Assembly: GCF_006345805.1 (NCBI RefSeq)
Contig: NC_043001.1
Coordinates: 104,098,001 to 104,162,000, forward strand
Direction: 5' to 3'
DNA: 64,000 nt
DNA from: Octopus sinensis
Taxonomy: Eukaryota
The notes beneath the pieces are model-generated. The model did not search any database, had not been told where the DNA came from, and saw nothing but the letters and a program-made list of their open reading frames with translations. Made by a program: the position numbers and the translations under genes. Positions within the stretch are counted from its first letter, which is position 1; each line of letters opens with the position of its first letter. Below, piece by piece: positions 62,196 to 64,000 of the stretch.

Positions 62196-62616
62196 GCCTG
62201 TGCCTATATATACATCGTTCTTATATGAACATGGATGTATAAAAATTTGTGTATATATATACATACATACATATCAGTGTATGTATTTACATATGTGTGT
62301 GTTTGTGTGTGTGTTTATGTGTGTGTGTGTGTGTGTGTGAGGATATTATTGTTTAAAATAATATTAGTGGTTTAGCATGCGTAAACAACCCATAATGGTA
62401 AAAATATTATCAATTAATAATTAAGGGTGCTAACGGGCAGTACCGGCATGCTAAACATAGCAGTCAAAGTGACCAAACCACAAGTTTTCATTTAAACACA
62501 ATGAAAACATGTGGTTTGATCATTTTGACTGCTATATTTAGCATGCCCCGGTACTGCCTGTTAGTACCATTTATTATTGATATATATACATATAAATATA
62601 TATGAGTGTATGTGTC

Positions 62617-62670
<54 letters not shown>

Positions 62671-62722
62671 TGCGCGCAGAAGTTTATTCATATATATATA
62701 TATACATACATATACACATATA

Positions 62723-62754
<32 letters not shown>

Positions 62755-62785
62755 CATACATATACACACATATATACACATACAT

Positions 62786-62895
<110 letters not shown>

Positions 62896-63639
62896 CATAT
62901 CTGTAAAGCGTTTCTCTGACATTACCTCGACCTTTCATATCGACCTTTGTTCCTATCCAATGTTTTTTTAAATTCTCCGGCGTTCTTCGTATCTTCTCCG
63001 CGCTCTGACCGTCCACACACTCCTACTAATACTTTCTGTCTATCTATCTCGCCTTCTCCCTTTCCCTCCTCCTTCTCCTACCTTATTACCACGTCCTTCT
63101 CTCTCCTTCTCTTTGGTTCAAACTCTTATCAAAATTTATTTCGCTTTCAACGTCAATTACTTTTGCCTTTCTTTTCAACAGAACATTTCTTTCGTCGCGA
63201 AACCTTTCAATTCTCCATTCCCCAACGACGTGGACTCTATTCCTGTCTTTGAATTCTTTTTATTTCTATTTCCCTTCACAGAAAAATCATTAAACCACTT
63301 CCAATAAATCCTGCTCTTTGACTACATTTTTTCCAATTATTTTTCTTTCATGTATGATACAAGAAGTAGAATTCACCAATTTAAGGGTGATTTCCTCAAG
63401 AATATTACATCCAATATATTGTTTCTTCCCTCTCTTGAATCATTTGTCTTTAAATATTAATTTCAAGAAAAACAAATTTCTCTCTTCTGTAATCGCAACG
63501 AATACTAAACATGTTGCTCGGGGTCAGATCATTAAGTATCGGGAGAGATACTATAAAACGATAACTAATCTGCATTTAATCTATTTAAACTGTCAATTCG
63601 GCATTTAATCTCCTTCGAAGTAATCCCTTTATTCGTTTC

Positions 63640-64000
63640 CATGGATGGAAGCATTCATGGAACTCCTTTTTGTTTATTGAGTAGCTTCCTCATCGCATTC
63701 TCTTAGATTTCCTCAACGTCTTGAAATTTTGTTGGGGTATTTCCATTGCAAAGACTGTGCCCTGGTTTTGGGGGTCGTAGCCATAGACCCATGATTCGTC
63801 ATCTGTCACGACCGTTTACCGTTTTCAAAAACTTTTGAATGCCTCAACACAATCGAGAAGATTCTGCGCAACTGAAACCTGATCGTCTTTTTCAGACGAT
63901 CACACTCTACGCATTTTACTTGCAAACATTGCTATAAACAACGGAAGTGAGTGAGAACTTTGTAACTTGGTGTGCATTTCTGCCTCGCGGCTTCCATCAG
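63640..64000 (-). pseudogene. Mariner transposase remnant (runs off window edge)
   Basis: KMRRV*S...QVSVAQNLL...TVVTDDESWVYGYDP...MEIP matches mariner MRRVxAKFVP and TGDESWVYGYDP motifs. Confidence 0.8.

Overview
AT-rich, microsatellite-dense animal genomic DNA. The repeat landscape looks like a coleoid cephalopod such as Octopus; this is an inference, as no search was run. I find no intact host gene, and nearly all listed ORFs are read-throughs of simple repeats. The window is a mosaic of about 30 tRNA-derived SINE copies (two main families) and decayed LINE fragments (Tx1/L1, CR1, RTE, R4/Dong-like). It also holds Penelope-like elements (PLEs), BEL/Pao remnants, non-autonomous Helitrons, MITEs, a near full-length DD36E Tc1-like element and a mariner fragment. 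The standout signal is self-cleaving RNA: type I hammerhead ribozyme (HHR) folds can be read by eye in at least seven unrelated repeat families. The best case is a non-coding 533-535 bp x 2.56 tandem array (26161-27527) with one complete HHR at each unit junction, a retrozyme-like architecture that could yield ~533-nt circular RNA. Others include a tRNA-headed SINE whose tail carries a minimal HHR (head-to-head pair, 5278-5855) and an HHR with a swapped G3-C8 core pair (58975-59025). All folds were derived manually; none has been tested for activity.
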